NCBI GenBank assembly: GCA_001824255.1
Contig: MHWQ01000002.1
Coordinates: forward strand, 57,298-121,297
DNA length: 64,000 nucleotides
Source of the DNA: Candidatus Zambryskibacteria bacterium RIFCSPLOWO2_02_FULL_51_21
GTDB taxonomy: Bacteria; Patescibacteriota; Minisyncoccia; Phycocordibacterales; Zambryskibacteraceae
Reading direction: 5' to 3'
This document shows, one piece after another, positions 38,737 through 47,431 of this stretch. The notes below the pieces were generated by a model. That model was not told the origin of the DNA and did not search any database. It worked only from the letters and a program-made list of their open reading frames with translations. The position numbers and the translations under genes are program-made. The number at the start of each line of letters is the position of its first letter. The stretch's first letter is position 1.

Positions 38737-39330
38737 ATGAGTCATATCGTAGGCATCGATGAAGCGGGCAGAGGGCCACTTGCTGGTCCGGTCGCTGTTG
38801 GGGCGGTGCGGATGCCGGACAAATTCGACAAAAGATTTTTCAAAGGCATAAAGGATTCCAAACAACTCTCGCCGGAGGAGCGCGAGTTTTGGTTTGCCCT
38901 GGCGGAGGAAGGCAGAAGAAATAACGAACTTGACTTCCGCGTCTCTCTCGTATCGGAGAAGGTGATAGACAGGCACGGCATCGCCTACGCCATACGCCTC
39001 GGCATCAAGCGCGTCTTGAAAGGATTGGAAATTGTCGGAAGCGATTCCCAAATATTTCTCGATGGCGGGATTAAGGCGCCGGTCGAATTCAAGCACCAAC
39101 TGACGGTTATAAGAGGGGATGAGAAGATTCCCGTAATTTCCCTCGCCTCAATTTGCGCCAAAGTAGTAAGGGATAGAAAAATGATTAATTTTTCTAAGAA
39201 ATATCCCGAGTACGACTTCGACCAGCATAAGGGCTATGGCACGAGGATGCACCGGCTGGCAATACAGAAATACGGCTTAACGGAGCTGCATAGAAGGAGT
39301 TTTACCCGCAGGTTGACAGAGGCAAAGTAA
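38737..39330 (+). CDS. rnhB: Ribonuclease HII
   Basis: GIDEAGRGPLAGPV, DSKQL, ASICAKV.RD, HKGYGT, HRRSF. Confidence 0.97.
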   Translation: MSHIVGIDEAGRGPLAGPVAVGAVRMPDKFDKRFFKGIKDSKQLSPEEREFWFALAEEGRRNNELDFRVSLVSEKVIDRHGIAYAIRLGIKRVLKGLEIVGSDSQIFLDGGIKAPVEFKHQLTVIRGDEKIPVISLASICAKVVRDRKMINFSKKYPEYDFDQHKGYGTRMHRLAIQKYGLTELHRRSFTRRLTEAK

Positions 39331-39341
39331 GGTAGTATAAT
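39313..39341 (+). promoter_or_regulatory. Consensus sigma70 promoter
   Basis: TTGACA (39313) - 17 nt - TATAAT (39336). Confidence 0.75.
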
Positions 39342-39361
39342 CAAGAGCAGAGAGGTGTTAT

Positions 39362-39817
39362 ATGATACCCGAGCGAAGAAGGTACTTCGCGGCGGGCATC
39401 ATAGCTCGCCGCACCAAGAAAGGTTATCGTTTCCTGGTTCAAGTGTCCGAGGAAACGAAAGGCCCTACGGCGGGTAAGAAACAGTTGAAATTTCCCGGGG
39501 GGATGGATTCTCTGAAAGACAACGGCAATCCAGAGAAGACTCTCCGATCCGAGATTGAAGAGGAGACAGGTTATCGCATCAAAGATGAAGCGAGTCCTAT
39601 CCTGCTTTTCTCGGATAAGACAGGAGACATCGACAGATACTTCTATCTGATACATAAGGTGGATTGTGTTGGAGCCCGACGGAAGAAGCTCGTAAGAGAT
39701 GGTAGCACAATCCTTTACCCGCCGGTGTGGACCGACCTGGAATACATTCGCGGTCGTCTGCACCCGACTCACCTGCCTGCTCTTCGTTGCTTGCCGACTG
39801 GAGGCCTCGCGTCTTAG
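39362..39817 (+). CDS. NUDIX hydrolase
   Basis: FPGG......NPEKTLRSEIEEETG Nudix-box variant; GAGGTG SD. Confidence 0.75.
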   Translation: MIPERRRYFAAGIIARRTKKGYRFLVQVSEETKGPTAGKKQLKFPGGMDSLKDNGNPEKTLRSEIEEETGYRIKDEASPILLFSDKTGDIDRYFYLIHKVDCVGARRKKLVRDGSTILYPPVWTDLEYIRGRLHPTHLPALRCLPTGGLAS

Positions 39818-39863
39818 AACGTCGAGGCCTTTCCTTTTACAGAATTTATGCTAAATTAAGGCC

Positions 39864-40094
39864 ATGGTAGTCCGAATGAGACATACGCGGTCGCAGACAA
39901 ACAGCAGGCGTTCGCATCATAAGCTCACGAATCCCGCCCTGGCCAAGGACGGGCAGGGCAACGCATATTTGCGCCACAGAGTGTCTCCCGCTACCGGCGA
40001 TTATCGCGGCAGGAAAGTTATAGACCACAGCGCCCGTCTAGAGAAGAGGGCGAAGAAGGCCGCCGCGTCGCACGAGCACAGCCACGCTCATTAA
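39864..40094 (+). CDS. rpmF: 50S ribosomal protein bL32 (Cys-free, His-rich tail)
   Basis: RHTRS...RRSHH, RHRVS..TG.YRGRKV. Confidence 0.9.
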   Translation: MVVRMRHTRSQTNSRRSHHKLTNPALAKDGQGNAYLRHRVSPATGDYRGRKVIDHSARLEKRAKKAAASHEHSHAH

Positions 40095-40121
40095 TTTCCA
40101 TTAACAGCTCTTTTGCTCTTT

Positions 40122-41048
40122 ATGTCCCAAAGGCACCTATCAAGGTCCGTCGTTTTACAAACATTATTCGAATGGGATTTCGAACGCCGCAAAATCGAGG
40201 AAATCCGTTCCATTTTTGAGAAAAACATACAGGAATTCGCTCCGGGGTCGAACGACCGGCCCTTCATGGAGCGGCTTTTGAATCTTGTTCTAGACAAGAG
40301 AAATATTATCGACGATCTCATAACAAAGGCCGCTCCAGACTGGCCGCTTGAGAGAATAGCGCCGGTGGACAGGAATATTCTCAGGATCGGGCTGGCGGAA
40401 CTCCTTTTCGCTGACCGGAAAGAAGTTCCGCCCAAGGTCGCCATTAACGAGGCGATAGAGCTCGCCAAACAGTTCGGTGGCGAGACCTCCGGCCGGTTCG
40501 TCAACGGCGTGCTCGGCGCCGTGTACAAGGAGATGGGCGAGCCGGGCAAGAACGACCAGCCCAAACCGAGGAAAAAATACGGCAATGTGCCCCTGGACCA
40601 GCTGCCGGTAATAAATATGGCCGGGGCAGTGGTCTTCGCCAAACAGGATAAAGATATTTACATGGCCTGCGTGCATGACGTCTTCGGCCATTGGACTTTG
40701 CCGAAAGGAAAAATTGGCGACAATCCCTCGATAGCTAACGAAACAACAGAGGAGGGGCTGATTCGCGAAGTGCAGGAAGAGATCGGCGTTCCGGTAAAAG
40801 TCGTTGAAAAGCTGGGGGAAAATTCTTACTCAACCTTCCACCCGGAGCAGGGCAAGATTGTGAAGCATGTCACCTATTTTTTGGCGGAAGGACCCTTCAC
40901 CGAACTCACCCTCGAGAAGAAGGAGGAGAAGGGCGGGCTCGATGACGTGAGATGGTTCAAGTTGGCGGACATCCTTGACCTGAACTTTTATGATGATATT
41001 CTGCCTATCGTTACCAAGGCCATAACTAAGCTGGCCGAAAGCAAATAA
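40122..41048 (+). CDS. nusB: NusB fused to a C-terminal NUDIX domain
   Basis: DRNILR, PPKVAINEAIELAKQFG, FVNGVLG, then WTLPKG...REVQEEIG. Confidence 0.92.
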   Translation: MSQRHLSRSVVLQTLFEWDFERRKIEEIRSIFEKNIQEFAPGSNDRPFMERLLNLVLDKRNIIDDLITKAAPDWPLERIAPVDRNILRIGLAELLFADRKEVPPKVAINEAIELAKQFGGETSGRFVNGVLGAVYKEMGEPGKNDQPKPRKKYGNVPLDQLPVINMAGAVVFAKQDKDIYMACVHDVFGHWTLPKGKIGDNPSIANETTEEGLIREVQEEIGVPVKVVEKLGENSYSTFHPEQGKIVKHVTYFLAEGPFTELTLEKKEEKGGLDDVRWFKLADILDLNFYDDILPIVTKAITKLAESK

Positions 41049-41740
41049 TGGACTTTACCAAATTCGAAGAAACGGCGGGGGTGGCTTTCAAGAACAAAGC
41101 GCTTCTCAAACAGGCCTTCACCCACCGCTCATACATCAACGAAAACAAGGCCTCCGGCCTTGAACATAACGAGCGTCTGGAATTCCTGGGCGACGCGGTG
41201 CTTGAACTTGTCATTACCGACCACCTCTTCAATACCATGAAGGAGGCAAGTGAAGGCGAGATGACCTCGCTCCGCTCGGCCCTGGTAAACGCCGACACCT
41301 GCGCGCAGGTGGCGCAGGCTCTCGGCGTAAATGAATATCTTCTGCTCTCCAAAGGGGAACAGAAAGACGATACCGGCCGCGCCAGGGCTTATATTCTCGC
41401 CAACACTCTCGAGGCGCTTATCGGCGCGCTCTACGTAGACCAGGGCTATGAGGCGGCCAAGGACTTTATCATGAAGCACATTACGCCGATTCTCGAAGTC
41501 ATCGTGCGGGACGGCAAGTGGATTGACGCCAAATCTCTTTTCCAGGAGAAGGCACAGGAGCATCTCGGCGCGACTCCGGCGTATAAAACTATTCGCGAAT
41601 CAGGGCCAGACCATGACAAGCACTTCACTGTCGAAGTATCCGTCGGCCGGGAGGTGATGGGCGAAGGGGAAGGCAAGTCGAAACAGGACGCCGAGCAGGC
41701 AGCGGCCAAAAACGCCCTCGAAGCCAAGGGGTGGAAATAG
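41048..41740 (+). CDS. rnc: Ribonuclease III
   Basis: HNERLEFLGDAVL, EALIGA, dsRBD. Confidence 0.97.
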   Translation: MDFTKFEETAGVAFKNKALLKQAFTHRSYINENKASGLEHNERLEFLGDAVLELVITDHLFNTMKEASEGEMTSLRSALVNADTCAQVAQALGVNEYLLLSKGEQKDDTGRARAYILANTLEALIGALYVDQGYEAAKDFIMKHITPILEVIVRDGKWIDAKSLFQEKAQEHLGATPAYKTIRESGPDHDKHFTVEVSVGREVMGEGEGKSKQDAEQAAAKNALEAKGWK

Positions 41741-41759
41741 GTCTGCTATAATATCGGGG

Positions 41760-43871
41760 ATGTATCTGAAATCGATTGAATTATCGGGCTTTAAGTCCTT
41801 CGCCAAGAAGAGCCATTTTTTGTTTAATACGCCGATTTCCTCCATTGTCGGTCCCAACGGCTCCGGCAAATCGAACGTCGCCGAGGCCTTCCGCTTCGTC
41901 TTGGGCGAGCAGTCTATCAAGAGTATGCGAGGCAAGAAGGGCGAGGACCTCATCTGGAACGGTTCGGGCGACTCGCCGCGCGCCAACCGGGCTTCCGTCA
42001 AGGTCGTTTTCGACAACTTGCGGAAAATGTTCGATATCGATTTCCCCGAAGTTTCCATAGAGCGGGTGGTGCACCGCGACGGGACGAACGAATATCTGGT
42101 GAACGGGAGTCAGGTGCGGCTCAAAGACGTCATCGAGCTTCTGGCCTCCGCCCACATCGGCAGCTCAGGCCACCACATCATTTCCCAGGGCGAGGCGGAT
42201 AAGGTGGTTTCCGCCAATCCGAGAGACCGCAAGGCCATGGTCGAGGACGCCCTGGGGCTGAAAATCTACCAGTACAAGCGCGCCGAGAGCGAGAGGAAGC
42301 TTGAGAAGACTTTCGAGAATATCGTTCAGGTCGAAGCTCTGAGGAAAGAGATTGCCCCCCACCTGAAGTTCCTGGAGAAGCAGGTCGAGAAGCTCGCCAA
42401 GACGGAGAGCTTGCGAGAAGATTTGATAAAGATTTCCCAGGAATATTTCAAACGCGAGGATTTCCACATTGCCGGGGCGAAGGCCGTACTCAAGGAAGAG
42501 AGAGGGCCGATAGACCGGGCGCTCGAGAAACTCTCCAAGGAATCGGCGGAGGCCAAGAAAGTCATCGAATTCGAATCGGGCTTGAGCGAAGCCAAGAAGA
42601 AGAGAGACGACCTCACCCGGGAACTCGGCAAACTCGATGGCCTGATTCTCGCCGAAGAAAGGGTAATCGAGACCGAGAAGAGGCTCTCCGCTTCCGACGA
42701 GCTCAAGACCGTGAGACTCAGAGAAATAGAGGAACTGTACCGGGAAATAAGTCTGTTTTCCGAAATCAGGCAGATTATCGAAAGACTTGGAAGCTTCATA
42801 AGCGAGAGGAAGCACCGCACGGATTCGAACCTCATTGCCGAGTCGGAAGCGAGAATTGCCGATTTTAAGAAAAAGAAGGTCGAACTCGAATCCGCGCTAA
42901 AAGCGGCCGCGGAAAAGGAGGAGAGCATCAATGAGGCGGAGAAAGCGGTTTTCAGGATAATGTCGGAAGAAAAAGATTTAATCTCGAGATTAAATCTTTT
43001 AAAATCCAGGGAAGAGAGAATCGGCCTCGAAGAAGCCGAGTTCAAGCGGACGCTTGAAGAAGTGGGGCATCTTGCCGGGACGGAGGCACTCCGATTCAAA
43101 GATTTCGCTCTGAGCGAAGAAGAGATGAAATCCGAACCTCGGGTAAAACAGGAGGAGCGCAAGAGGGTGCTGGAGAAGAACAAACTCCGCCTCGAGGATT
43201 CGAGTATGGCCGGCGGCGAAGAACTGAAGAAGGAGCATGCGGAAACTTCCGAGCGCGACGCATTTCTTGCCCGCGAGCTTCTCGACCTCGAGAAATCGGC
43301 GGAATCGCTCAAGGGTCTCATCAAGGATCTTGAAGAAAGACTGGCGACTGAGTTTGAAACCGGCGTCGAGAAAATCAATAAAGAATTCGACAAACTTTTC
43401 AATAAAATGTTCGGCGGCGGAGAAGCGCGTCTCGTTCTGGTGAAAGAATCCAAGAAGTCTCCCGCGTCTGAGTTGGATGACGAAACTTTTGAGCCTAGCG
43501 AAGCCGATGAAGCCGATGAGGGCCTTGAGATAAAAGTCAGTCTGCCGAAGAAGAAAATCCGCTCGCTCATGATGCTCTCAGGCGGAGAGAGGGCGCTTAC
43601 TTCCATCGCCTTAATATTCGCCATTTCCCAGGTCAATCCGCCGCCTTTCATCATCCTCGACGAGACGGACGCGGCGCTCGACGAAGCCAATTCAAAGAAA
43701 TATGGCGATTTGGTTGAGATGCTTTCCGAGAAATCCCAGCTGATTTTGATAACCCACAACCGCGAGACGATGTCCCGCGCGGGCGTCATTTACGGCGTTA
43801 CCATGGCCGGCAACGGCGTTTCAAAACTTCTTTCAATCTCCTTCGATGAAGCGGTGGAAGTAGCGAAATAA
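41760..43871 (+). CDS. smc: SMC-family ATPase (short, no evident hinge)
   Basis: GFKSF, GPNGSGKSN, ISQG, LSGGE, LDETDAALD, ITH. Confidence 0.88.
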   Translation: MYLKSIELSGFKSFAKKSHFLFNTPISSIVGPNGSGKSNVAEAFRFVLGEQSIKSMRGKKGEDLIWNGSGDSPRANRASVKVVFDNLRKMFDIDFPEVSIERVVHRDGTNEYLVNGSQVRLKDVIELLASAHIGSSGHHIISQGEADKVVSANPRDRKAMVEDALGLKIYQYKRAESERKLEKTFENIVQVEALRKEIAPHLKFLEKQVEKLAKTESLREDLIKISQEYFKREDFHIAGAKAVLKEERGPIDRALEKLSKESAEAKKVIEFESGLSEAKKKRDDLTRELGKLDGLILAEERVIETEKRLSASDELKTVRLREIEELYREISLFSEIRQIIERLGSFISERKHRTDSNLIAESEARIADFKKKKVELESALKAAAEKEESINEAEKAVFRIMSEEKDLISRLNLLKSREERIGLEEAEFKRTLEEVGHLAGTEALRFKDFALSEEEMKSEPRVKQEERKRVLEKNKLRLEDSSMAGGEELKKEHAETSERDAFLARELLDLEKSAESLKGLIKDLEERLATEFETGVEKINKEFDKLFNKMFGGGEARLVLVKESKKSPASELDDETFEPSEADEADEGLEIKVSLPKKKIRSLMMLSGGERALTSIALIFAISQVNPPPFIILDETDAALDEANSKKYGDLVEMLSEKSQLILITHNRETMSRAGVIYGVTMAGNGVSKLLSISFDEAVEVAK

Positions 43872-43876
43872 ATACA

Positions 43877-43903
43877 AAAGCCGCCGGCGCGAGTGCGCCG
43901 GCG
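43877..43903. terminator. Hairpin terminator between convergent genes
   Basis: CCGCCGGCGC/GCGCCGGCGG stem with an A-tract on the left. Confidence 0.65.
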
Positions 43904-43924
43904 GTCCACTGAATCGAGATTTGC

Positions 43925-44263
43925 TCAGGAGTTCTGTTCAGGTGCAGGTACCTTAATGATTCCTGCATTGTCGAGTGTTTCGTTGAGCGCCAGCTGAAGC
44001 ATTCGGGCCGCGTCCAGCGAAAGCTTGAGAACGGTTACCCGCATTCTCTTCTGTCGATACGCGCCTGCTAGCGGACGGATGATGCGCTCCTGGCCCATGT
44101 TTTCCAGTGTGATTCGTCGGCTGAAAATCAAGTCCACGAATCCTCCAGGAAGATTCTCTGGGTTTGTCGTAGGAGGACCTGCCTGAGCAGCGACAGATAT
44201 GCCGCGCCCTTTTTGCTTGGAGTAGCACCTTGTCCGCTCTGTCTTCTTTGTCACTTGGTACAT
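43925..44263 (-). CDS. Hypothetical protein
   Basis: ORF fills the smc-rnr gap; GGGAG upstream of ATG; no family recognised. Confidence 0.5.
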   Translation of the reverse strand: MYQVTKKTERTRCYSKQKGRGISVAAQAGPPTTNPENLPGGFVDLIFSRRITLENMGQERIIRPLAGAYRQKRMRVTVLKLSLDAARMLQLALNETLDNAGIIKVPAPEQNS

Positions 44264-44310
44264 GTCTCTGCTCCCAGAAATAACCTCAAATTTCTGTTAG
44301 AACAATACCC

Positions 44311-46230
44311 TTAAACAAACATGAAGTCAAGAGTCTTTCTCTCCGTATCGGCGGTGATGAGTTTTACCCGGACCTGGTCGCCCAGAGAATATTTCTTACC
44401 GGTATTCTGGCCGATTATGGCGTAGAGTTTCTCGTTTAATTCATAAAAGTCGTCTTTCATATCGCGGAGCTTGACCATGCCCTCGGATTTGGTATTGACC
44501 TCTTCGACATAAATGCCCCATTCGGAAACGCCTGAGACGATAGCGTCGAATTCCTCGCCCACATGCTCATGCATGTACTCGACTTGCTTATACTTGATAG
44601 ACGCTCGTTCGGCCTCGGCCGCTTCCATCTCGCGTTCGGAGGCGTCATCTGAGAGCCGTTGATATTTGATAATCTCGTCCTGTTCTATCTGGCCCTTCTC
44701 TATGAATCGCTGGAGCAGGCGGTGGACCATGAGGTCCGGATAGCGGCGGATGGGGGAGGTGAAGTGGGTGTAATACTCGAAGGCGAGGCCGAAATGGCCG
44801 ATGTTGCTGGTTGAGTAGATGGCCTTGCTCATGGAGCGGATGGCGGCCGTCTTTATAAGCATTTCCGTTGGGCTTCCTTCGACCGACTTCAGCATGCGGG
44901 TAATGTCTTCGGCCGTGGTCTCGCCGTCTTTGTTCTTGAGCTCGAAGCCGAGCGCCTTGACGAAGGTGGCTAAGTTCACGATTTTCTCCCGGTCCGGCGC
45001 GTCGTGGATTCTATAGACGAATGCCGCCCTGTCGTTGCCTTTGTAGGCGGCATGCATATGCGTCGCCACTTCGCGATTGGCGAGAAGCATGAAGTCTTCC
45101 ACCAGCTTGTGCGTGTCCTTGCGCGCCTTCTTGTAGATTCTCACCGGGAAACCATTATCGTCGAGTTCGAATCTCACCTCCTCAGTTTCGAATTCGATGG
45201 CGCCTTTTCTGAACTTCTCTTCGCGGAGTTTGTAGGCGAGGTCGTTTAAAGCTTGGAGCTCTTCGTAATGAAGTCCCTTTTTATTATCCAAAATTTCCTG
45301 CGCTTCTTCGTAAGTAAATCTCTTATCGGACTCGATAAGCGTCTTGCCGAACCAGCGGTTCTTAACTTTGGCGTTCTTATCAAGCACGAAAACGGCAGAA
45401 AAGGCGTATTTGGGCTCTTTCGGATTGAGAGAACAAAGGTCGTTTGAAAGGATTTCCGGCAGCATCGGAATGGTGCGGTCCACGAGATAAATGGAAGTGC
45501 CGCGCTTCCTCGCTTCTTTGTCGAGCTCGGTTCTCTCCCGCACGAAGTGGGATACGTCGGCGATGTGGATGCCGATTTCATAGTCGCCATCGGGAAGTTT
45601 TTTGAAAGAAATGGCATCGTCGAAATCCTTGGCGTCGGCCGGATCAATGGTGAAGGTGAGAGTGTCGCGGAAATCTTTGCGGTCTTTGAGCTTGTCTTCC
45701 TTTTCAAACTTCTGCTTCCACGCCTCGGCCTCCTTCTCGACTTCGGGAGGGAAGTCCACTTCGAAACCGCTTTCAAGCACGATGCCAATCATCTCTGTAT
45801 TGTGTTCGCCGGCAACTCCGATGACGCGGATTACTTCGCCCACGGGACTCTTCGAGGGGTCCTGCCATTCGGCAATCCTTGCCTGGACTTTGTCGCCCTG
45901 CTTGGCATTCAAAGCTTGGCCCGCCGGGATGAAGATATCCCGGTACATCCTCTTGTCGTCCGGCACGACGAAAGAGCCGGTATTGTCCTTCTCGAAAATG
46001 CCGACGAATTCCATCTTGTGTCGCTCGACGATTTCCACCACCTTGGCCTGCTTCCTGCCCTTAAGCTCAGAGCCTGTAACCTCAATCTTCACCATATCGC
46101 GGTTAAGCGCGGTAAAGAGGTTCTCCGGCTGGACTTCAAAGTCGTCCGCTTCGGGGTCTTCGGGCGGCGTGAAATAGCCGACCCCTTTGCCGGTGACTCT
46201 TATTATTCCTTCTAGAATTTTATCTTTCAT
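44311..46230 (-). CDS. rnr: Ribonuclease R
   Basis: TIDPADAKDFDDA, HIADVS, HFTSPIRRYPD, C-terminal S1 domain. Confidence 0.95.
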   Translation of the reverse strand: MKDKILEGIIRVTGKGVGYFTPPEDPEADDFEVQPENLFTALNRDMVKIEVTGSELKGRKQAKVVEIVERHKMEFVGIFEKDNTGSFVVPDDKRMYRDIFIPAGQALNAKQGDKVQARIAEWQDPSKSPVGEVIRVIGVAGEHNTEMIGIVLESGFEVDFPPEVEKEAEAWKQKFEKEDKLKDRKDFRDTLTFTIDPADAKDFDDAISFKKLPDGDYEIGIHIADVSHFVRERTELDKEARKRGTSIYLVDRTIPMLPEILSNDLCSLNPKEPKYAFSAVFVLDKNAKVKNRWFGKTLIESDKRFTYEEAQEILDNKKGLHYEELQALNDLAYKLREEKFRKGAIEFETEEVRFELDDNGFPVRIYKKARKDTHKLVEDFMLLANREVATHMHAAYKGNDRAAFVYRIHDAPDREKIVNLATFVKALGFELKNKDGETTAEDITRMLKSVEGSPTEMLIKTAAIRSMSKAIYSTSNIGHFGLAFEYYTHFTSPIRRYPDLMVHRLLQRFIEKGQIEQDEIIKYQRLSDDASEREMEAAEAERASIKYKQVEYMHEHVGEEFDAIVSGVSEWGIYVEEVNTKSEGMVKLRDMKDDFYELNEKLYAIIGQNTGKKYSLGDQVRVKLITADTERKTLDFMFV

Positions 46231-46263
46231 GAATTTCTAATATAGCAGATATAGATGGACTTG

Positions 46264-46345
46264 TGCCCGGGGTGGGCATCGAACCCACATCTCTTGCGAG
46301 ACACGATTTTAAGTCGTGCGCGTATACCGATTCCGCCACCCGGGC
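46264..46345 (-). tRNA. tRNA-Leu(TAA)
   Basis: GCCCGGG/CCCGGGC acceptor, CACGA-CTTAAAA-TCGTG anticodon arm, variable arm. Confidence 0.95.
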
Positions 46346-46349
46346 CCGG

Positions 46350-46421
46350 AGGCGTAGGGGGGAATTGAACCCCCGCATCGCGGTTTTGCAGACCGCTGCG
46401 TTACCACTTCGCCACTACGCC
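46350..46421 (-). tRNA. tRNA-Cys(GCA)
   Basis: GGCGTAG/CTACGCC acceptor, GCGGT-CTGCAAA-ACCGC anticodon arm, U discriminator. Confidence 0.95.
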
Positions 46422-46484
46422 AGCAAATTGGATTTTACCACAATTGATTAATCATTGCTTTTTTGAAATACTGTATTGCTGTAA

Positions 46485-46557
46485 GCGCCCTTAGCTCAGC
46501 TGGTAGAGCAGGTCCCTCTTAAGGACAAGGTCGAAGGTTCGATCCCTTCAGGGCGCA
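46485..46557 (+). tRNA. tRNA-Lys(CTT)
   Basis: GCGCCCT/AGGGCGC acceptor, GTCC-CTCTTAA-GGAC anticodon arm, GTTCGAT T-loop. Confidence 0.93.
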
Positions 46558-46661
46558 CAAGTGCGGGGCACTTGTGCGACGCGCAGGCTGCGTAGGCAGC
46601 CGAGCGGGGGTCGCGAGGCCGGCCTGCTGGCCGGAACTTGTGATCACAAGCTCCTCACTAC
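46558..46661 (+). ncRNA. Structured tRNA-trailer element, homologous to the tRNA-Tyr trailer
   Basis: 46608-46645 matches the reverse complement of 52643-52680 at 31/38 nt; same helix arrangement. Confidence 0.65.
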
Positions 46662-46742
46662 GGGCGGGTGGCGAAATGGCAGACGCGCCAGCTTTAGGAG
46701 CTGGTACCGCAAGGTGTGGAGGTTCAAGTCCTCTCCCGCCCA
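46662..46742 (+). tRNA. tRNA-Leu(TAG)
   Basis: GGGCGGG/CCCGCCC acceptor, CCAGC-TTTAGGA-GCTGG anticodon arm. Confidence 0.95.
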
Positions 46743-46805
46743 CATTTGATTAAATTGCATCGCTGAAGTAGGGTATTTAAAGATGTATTCAAGAAGAGGT
46801 GTGAA

Positions 46806-46970
46806 ATGAAGATTGGATTGAAGAAGGTTGGGCGTTCAGTGGAAATCCTGCATCATTTCACCTGTCGTCATTGCGATAAATGGTGGACAGTCGGAGATGC
46901 CCCCAAGGGAAAAAAGAAGTGGTTTTGCCCCTGGTGCGGCAAGAAAAACTTCTATAGCAAAACCGGTTAA
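46806..46970 (+). CDS. 54-aa zinc-ribbon protein (below the ORF-track cutoff)
   Basis: MKIGLKKVGRSVEILHHFTCRHCDKWWTVGDAPKGKKKWFCPWCGKKNFYSKTG; two CxxC; GAGGTG SD; terminator directly after. Confidence 0.75.
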   Translation: MKIGLKKVGRSVEILHHFTCRHCDKWWTVGDAPKGKKKWFCPWCGKKNFYSKTG

Positions 46971-47010
46971 GAGGGTCATCCTGAGATTTCTCGGGGCGAC
47001 CCTCTTTATT
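46969..47010 (+). terminator. Intrinsic terminator
   Basis: AAGAGGGTC...GACCCTCTT stem plus TTATT. Confidence 0.7.
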
Positions 47011-47041
47011 AAATAAGGAGTTAAAGTAATATATTAAAACC

Positions 47042-47112
47042 GCGAGATTAGTTTAGTGGCAGAACTTCTGCTTCCCAAGCAGGTGGCGCCGGTCCGATTC
47101 CGGCATCTCGCA
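47042..47112 (+). tRNA. tRNA-Gly(CCC)
   Basis: GCGAGAT/ATCTCGC acceptor, CTGC-TTCCCAA-GCAG anticodon arm; T-loop TCCGATT has C at position 55. Confidence 0.9.
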
Positions 47113-47430
47113 CTAGCTTAATTTGTCCAACCTTTGACGGTTCCGTTCTCCGTAGTCAATTTTGAAATTAACGTGCGGGATAACGCCGAGCCGGGACTCG
47201 TCGCGGATGTAGCGGTGAAATTCCGGAGTCTTCCTTTCCAGAAACTTCAGAGCCGTGTCCTCCTCTTCCTCCGGCAGTGTGGTGAAAAATATTTTCGCTT
47301 CTTTGCCCGTCTGGCTTAGCTCAACTCGCGTGATGGTGAGGAGAGAGGATTTCGATGCTTCATCTCGCACAAACTCAGCAGCTAATCTATGTAATATTTC
47401 TTCAGTTCTATTGTGTTTTACTTCTCTCAT
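47113..47430 (-). CDS. rbfA: Ribosome-binding factor A
   Basis: LTITRVELS, IPHVNFKID; directly after infB. Confidence 0.85.
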   Translation of the reverse strand: MREVKHNRTEEILHRLAAEFVRDEASKSSLLTITRVELSQTGKEAKIFFTTLPEEEEDTALKFLERKTPEFHRYIRDESRLGVIPHVNFKIDYGERNRQRLDKLS

Positions 47431-47431
47431 C

